Origin: Thermodesulfobacteriota bacterium
Lineage (GTDB): Bacteria; Desulfobacterota_D; UBA1144; Nemesobacterales; Mycalebacteriaceae
Reading direction: 5' to 3'
Length of the DNA stretch: 64,000 nucleotides
Assembly (NCBI GenBank): GCA_965198945.1
Contig: CBDAQI010000001.1
Location: forward strand, 4,521-68,520
Below the pieces are notes generated by a model, which saw only the letters and a program-made list of their open reading frames with translations, did no database searches and was not told the origin of the DNA. This document shows positions 60,075-64,000 of the stretch, piece after piece (position 1 is the first letter of the stretch; each line of letters opens with the position of its first letter). A program made the translations under genes and the position numbers.

Positions 60075-60412
60075 CGACCGGGGGAAGTGAGGTAGTCTCC
60101 GGACTCAATTTTTGTCTCCATATAACGCCAGTTCATTTCTTTTATCAGGGTTATGAAAGCGGCCGTGATATCTCCTATGCCCGCAACTTTTGTCAACTCA
60201 TCGGCGGGAGCGTCCATAACGGCTGACAATGAACCGAATCTGGCAAGCAGATTTTTTGCCGCCGGTTTCACATCCCCGCGCGGCACGGAATAAGTAAGGA
60301 GCAGTTCCAGAGCCTCGTAGTCGGCAAACGAGACAAGCCCCTCAGTGAGAAACCTGTTTCTGAGACGTTTTCTGTGACCCGCGTAGTGAGGAATTTCCCT
60401 TTCGCCGCTCAT
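60071..60412 (-). CDS. RadC N-terminal (helix-hairpin-helix) domain ORF, overlapping the JAB ORF as ATGA
   Basis: 113 aa; ...YEALELLLTY...AKNLLARFGSL..., the RadC N-terminal region. Standard RadC has both halves in one polypeptide. Confidence 0.65.
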   Translation of the reverse strand: MSGEREIPHYAGHRKRLRNRFLTEGLVSFADYEALELLLTYSVPRGDVKPAAKNLLARFGSLSAVMDAPADELTKVAGIGDITAAFITLIKEMNWRYMETKIESGDYLTSPGR

Positions 60413-60472
60413 CGGGCGGTAGTTTAACTTCAGTGTGTGGAAAAAAAACTATTTTTCCGTAACACTTGTGAG

Positions 60473-61132
60473 ATGAGAGCGGTTCTTGTCCCCATAAAAA
60501 GATTTTCAGACGCAAACGAGAGGCTTTGCAAGGTGCTTTCTCCGGCCGAGCGCAAGGGGCTCGCGCGCGTGATGCTTGAGGATGTTTTGTCAAACATATC
60601 TCTTTGCAAACGGGCGGACGCGGTCTTCCTCGTAACCGCGGAAGAGGAGGCAATGCAAATGGGAAGCCGTCTGGGAATGGAGATAATCACCGAAGAAGCG
60701 CAGCAAAGCGAGAGCTCATCCGTTGATTTTGCGATGAAAAAGTGCCGCGAAACGGGAGCGGAATCGCTGCTTGTGGTTCCGGGAGACATACCGGGCGCGC
60801 GGGCCCGGGAGTTTGACGCCGTGATTGAAAAGGACGACGGCGGAAAGCGTGTGGTGATAGTTCCTTCCCGCGACGGGACGGGAACAAACGCTCTCATGAT
60901 GAGGCCCGTGGGAGTTATTTCTCCCAGTTTCGGTGAAAACAGTTTTTTCAGGCATAAGGATATGGCGCTCGGACTCGGACTCGGTTTTTCCTCGCTCACG
61001 CTCTCCGGGATAGGTCTTGACATAGACGGCCCGCAAGATTTGGAAATTTTTATGAGCACGGGCGCCGGCACAAAAACCCACGAATATCTGGGTCGCCTCG
61101 GAATGGAGAACAAAACCGGGAAAACGGCCTGA
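60473..61132 (+). CDS. cofC: 2-phospho-L-lactate guanylyltransferase (F420 biosynthesis, CofC/FbiD)
   Basis: MRAVLVPIKRFSDANERL...LARVMLEDVL...VPGDIP, a CofC signature. The internal ATG at 60473 is preferred over the ORF start at 60437. Confidence 0.75.
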   Translation: MRAVLVPIKRFSDANERLCKVLSPAERKGLARVMLEDVLSNISLCKRADAVFLVTAEEEAMQMGSRLGMEIITEEAQQSESSSVDFAMKKCRETGAESLLVVPGDIPGARAREFDAVIEKDDGGKRVVIVPSRDGTGTNALMMRPVGVISPSFGENSFFRHKDMALGLGLGFSSLTLSGIGLDIDGPQDLEIFMSTGAGTKTHEYLGRLGMENKTGKTA

Positions 61133-61134
61133 TT

Positions 61135-62019
61135 ATGGGATTTGAGCTGAACTTTCTCGGTCTTGAAGGCCCGGATGCGGACTTTGAAAAATCCAAAGTC
61201 GTAATCCTCCCCGTTCCATATGAAAGAACTGTGTCTTTCCGCGGAGGCTGCTCGCGGGGGCCGGGAGCAATACTGGAAGCGTCGCGTGCGATTGAGCTTT
61301 ACGATGACGAACTGCTCTGCTGTCCGTCAGACTCCGGCATACACACCCACGGTGAGCTTGAGTGTGAAATCAATCCCGGGGAAATGGTCAAAAGTGTCAA
61401 AGAGACCTGCCGGGGGCTGGCAAAAAAGGGGAAATTTGTCATCACTGTCGGAGGAGAACACTCGGTCACGGCCGGAGCATTTGCCGCGCAAAAGGAGATT
61501 CATTCTAAACTGTCCGTTCTTTCAATAGATGCGCACTGCGACCTAAGAGACAGTTATCAAGGCTCAAGATTCAGTCACGCCTGCGTGATGAGAAGGGTTC
61601 TTGAAACTGGAGCTGCGGTGGTGGTGGCCGGCGTGAGAAGTATGTCCGCCGAAGAGGCTGAGTTTGCACGGACTAGCAAAGACCTGTTCATTTTCAGGGC
61701 AGACGATATCGCAGGGCTCAAAAGCCGGAAAGACATGGCCCGCATTGTGGAAAAACTCGGCCAAAAAGTCTATTTGAGCATTGATGTTGACGGCCTTGAC
61801 CCCTCAATCATGCCATCGGTGGGAACACCTGAGCCGGGAGGACTGGGCTGGCCGGAAACCACCGCCCTGATACGGGAGGTTTTCGGCATGCGCAATGTGG
61901 TCGGGATGGATATTGTGGAACTTTCACCGATACCGGGAATCTGCGCTCCCGATTTTACCGCGGCAAAACTCATCTACAAAGCCATAGGATACAAATTCCG
62001 CTCCCCGTCAAAACCTTGA
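61135..62019 (+). CDS. speB: Agmatinase (arginase/ureohydrolase family)
   Basis: 294 aa; ...GGEHSVT...; ...SIDAHCDLRD...; ...SIDVDGLDPS..., the Mn-binding motifs. Confidence 0.88.
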   Translation: MGFELNFLGLEGPDADFEKSKVVILPVPYERTVSFRGGCSRGPGAILEASRAIELYDDELLCCPSDSGIHTHGELECEINPGEMVKSVKETCRGLAKKGKFVITVGGEHSVTAGAFAAQKEIHSKLSVLSIDAHCDLRDSYQGSRFSHACVMRRVLETGAAVVVAGVRSMSAEEAEFARTSKDLFIFRADDIAGLKSRKDMARIVEKLGQKVYLSIDVDGLDPSIMPSVGTPEPGGLGWPETTALIREVFGMRNVVGMDIVELSPIPGICAPDFTAAKLIYKAIGYKFRSPSKP

Positions 62020-62069
62020 TAAAACTCAGGCTGGTGTGGTAGAATCCGCCTTCACAGCAAGAGCAATCG

Positions 62070-62141
62070 GGCGGCGTAGCTCAGAGGCAGAGCAGGGCTC
62101 TCATAAGGCCCCCGTCGGAGGTTCGAGTCCTCCCGCCGCCA
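62070..62141 (+). tRNA. tRNA-Met (anticodon CAT), elongator-type; could alternatively be tRNA-Ile2 (lysidine)
   Basis: GGCGGCG-TA-GCTC-AGAGGCA-GAGC-A-GGGCT-CTCATAA-GGCCC-CCGTC-GGAGG-TTCGAGT-CCTCC-CGCCGCC-A. Positions 1-72 are G-C paired, so this is not an initiator. CCA is not encoded. Confidence 0.85.
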
Positions 62142-62151
62142 GAAACAGAGG

Positions 62152-62553
62152 TTACTCTTCCTTTTCAAAACTCAGAGAAGCGGAGTTTATGCAATACCTC
62201 ATCCCTGTCGTCTCAGAGGGGCCGTCGGGAAAAACATGACCAAGATGGGCATCGCATTTTGAACACAATACCTCCGTTCTGCTCATTCCCGCAGAGTCGT
62301 CACTTTCAGTTTTAACGTTGCTGCCGCCGGCCGGGCTGTCAAAGCTGGGCCACCCGGTTCCGGAATTAAACTTTGCCTCGGAACTGAAAAGATTCTGACC
62401 GCAGCAGACGCAGACATACATCCCTTTTTCCTTATGGTCGTTGAACTTACCGGTAAATGGTCTCTCCGTTCCCTTCTTGCGGGTCACGGCGAACTGCTCT
62501 TCGGTCAGTTCGGCTTTCCATTCTTTTTCAGTTTTTTTTATCTTGCCGGACAT
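62152..62553 (-). CDS. msrB: Peptide-methionine (R)-S-oxide reductase
   Basis: 133 aa with two CxxC pairs and the RYCINSASL active-site region. Confidence 0.93.
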   Translation of the reverse strand: MSGKIKKTEKEWKAELTEEQFAVTRKKGTERPFTGKFNDHKEKGMYVCVCCGQNLFSSEAKFNSGTGWPSFDSPAGGSNVKTESDDSAGMSRTEVLCSKCDAHLGHVFPDGPSETTGMRYCINSASLSFEKEE

Positions 62554-62605
62554 GGTAACAAACTAACAAATTCAAAAATCATGTCAAAACCGTTTGAATC
62601 CGTCT

Positions 62606-63448
62606 CTATTTACTGAAAAGCGCTTTGCCGGAGCGCCCGCGCTCAAGGATTTTCGTGAGTTTTTCCGTATCGCGGGATTTGACGGCGGCGGCGGTTTCGG
62701 CAACGGACTCTGAAAAGCTCTCCAGCGCTTCAAGAACCGGACTTGAGTTCCGGATGAGTATTTCCGCCCACATCGCGGGGTCGCTCATGGCTATTCTCGT
62801 CGTATCTCTGAGCCCGCCGCCTGAAAGAGACAGAGCGTCGGCGCTGCCCGAACAAGCGGATGCGGCAACTGAAGCAAGCGAATAGGCGCAGACATGAGGC
62901 AAATGGCTTATAAATGCAAACACGCGGTCGTGTTCTTCGGGGGACATTCCGAAGATGTTCGCGCCCGTTTTTCTCCACATATCTTTAACCTTGCCTGAAG
63001 ATTTGTCGTCTCCGCCGGTTATTATCAGGGGGTTTCCGTCAAATATGCCCGTCTTATAGCTTCGGGCGCCGTGCTTTTCATCTCCCGCAATCGGATGTGC
63101 GGGAACAAAACCGACTCCCTCGGGCAGAATCCGGCTCATCAGCTCGCAAACCGGAACCTTAACACTTGCCACATCCGTCACAACAACTCCCGGGCGCGCA
63201 ACCGCAAAAAAAGCGCGCGCAACCGCCTCCATGGAGCCAACCGGGACGGCAAGCACACAGACGTCCACACCGGAGCGAACACCGGACGGATCGTTCAGTC
63301 CTATGTCAATGAGACCTTTTGAAATACAGTTGGCAACCGAATCAGGGTTGCTGTCAACGCCGGTAATCTCAGACGCGATTCCCCTCTCCTTCAAATCAGC
63401 GCAAAGAGACGCGCCTATCTTGCCGAGCCCTATGACCGCAACTTTCAT
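62606..63448 (-). CDS. tyrA: Prephenate/arogenate dehydrogenase
   Basis: 280 aa; N-terminal Rossmann MKVAVIGLGKIGASL and a TyrA catalytic region. Confidence 0.88.
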   Translation of the reverse strand: MKVAVIGLGKIGASLCADLKERGIASEITGVDSNPDSVANCISKGLIDIGLNDPSGVRSGVDVCVLAVPVGSMEAVARAFFAVARPGVVVTDVASVKVPVCELMSRILPEGVGFVPAHPIAGDEKHGARSYKTGIFDGNPLIITGGDDKSSGKVKDMWRKTGANIFGMSPEEHDRVFAFISHLPHVCAYSLASVAASACSGSADALSLSGGGLRDTTRIAMSDPAMWAEILIRNSSPVLEALESFSESVAETAAAVKSRDTEKLTKILERGRSGKALFSK

Positions 63449-64000
63449 GTTTTTCTCACCTTCTCAAGAGCCCGGATAAACGCCCTGTTCTGCCGTTCAT
63501 CGCCGACAGTAACTCTTATGTGGTTGTCAAGCCCGTAAGCGGAGACCGGGCGGACTATAACGCCTTCACGCAGGAGCAGCTCGTAGACACGGGAGGAGTT
63601 CTCTCCCAAATCTGCGAGGACAAAGTTCGCCCTCGAGTCCGTGCGCGTTATTCCCATGGAGTCAAGCCGGGATGAAATATATTCAACACCCTCAAGGTTC
63701 GCTTTGCGCGAAAGAGCACAGTGGCGCGAGTCCTCAAGAGCCGCGGCCGCGGCCTTCTGGGCAAGAGAGTTCACATTAAAAGGCTCCCTCGCACGGTTCA
63801 AAAGAGCCGCCACTTCTTCGGAAGCAACCGCATATCCTATCCTTGTTCCGGCAAGTCCGTAGATTTTTGAAAACGTTCTGACGGTTATAAGCCCCGGCCT
63901 TGATGATTGGTAGTCAAGCGTGTCCGGGTAAAGAGGGTCATCCACATACTCAAAATAGGCTTCGTCAACAACAATGACAACGTCTTCGGGAACTTTGCCG
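63445..64000 (-). CDS. hisC: Histidinol-phosphate/aromatic aminotransferase (class II), 3' portion; gene continues beyond the window
   Basis: ...TFSKIYGLAGTRIGYAV..., the PLP-lysine region of HisC-type aminotransferases. Overlaps the tyrA start by 4 nt. Confidence 0.85.
   Translation of the reverse strand, partial: GKVPEDVVIVVDEAYFEYVDDPLYPDTLDYQSSRPGLITVRTFSKIYGLAGTRIGYAVASEEVAALLNRAREPFNVNSLAQKAAAAALEDSRHCALSRKANLEGVEYISSRLDSMGITRTDSRANFVLADLGENSSRVYELLLREGVIVRPVSAYGLDNHIRVTVGDERQNRAFIRALEKVRKT

Noticed and set aside
62142-62151. Possible terminator after tRNA-Met shared with convergent msrB
   Set aside because: Only a weak 4-bp stem (gagg…cctc region) and no T-run. Insufficient evidence.

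Overview
This 64 kb window is a bacterial chromosomal segment of about 50% GC that is densely coding on both strands, mostly with housekeeping genes. From the left: the start of an RND efflux pump with its membrane-fusion partner, HU, tsaC, a DUF1015 gene, lepA, a TPP enzyme, hsp20, rpmG-rpmB, an AEC transporter, fabH, two F420-type LLM oxidoreductases with a BtuF-like binding protein, a BCCP/biotin carboxylase/carboxyltransferase operon, coaE, gltX, glutaredoxin, rplM-rpsI followed by a myo-inositol-1-phosphate synthase, rpoD, SOD, tilS, DUF502, ihfA, pheT, mnmE, pabB/pabC, an HdrD-like Fe-S membrane oxidoreductase, leuA, tRNA-Gln, Slt, hisH-hisB, a PhoX-like phosphatase, cofC, speB, tRNA-Met, msrB, tyrA and the 3' end of hisC. 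Three segments look accessory or rearranged. (1) About 18.66-22.87 kb is a low-GC island with a degraded fic gene, two beta-class DNA methyltransferases that are each frame-disrupted, and a candidate PD-(D/E)XK restriction endonuclease. (2) 26.56-28.54 kb holds a BrnT/BrnA toxin-antitoxin pair and, next to it, two paralogous Cys-containing proteins that I cannot place in any family; this pair is the best candidate here for an undescribed module. (3) 56.76-60.41 kb is a rearranged region: a near-identical partial copy of the hisB 5' end joined to a duplicated radC 3' end, a 35-bp direct repeat flanking a 2.5 kb low-GC cargo (a SnoaL-alpha/beta hydrolase fusion and a SnoaL-like gene), and radC split into two ORFs. 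Several otherwise conserved ORFs carry in-frame stops (TAG in fic, TAA in an OMP, TGA in phoX) or homopolymer frameshifts. That pattern could be real gene decay or recoding, or it could be assembly or sequencing error. All calls come from reading the sequence and the supplied ORF translations; no database search was run.
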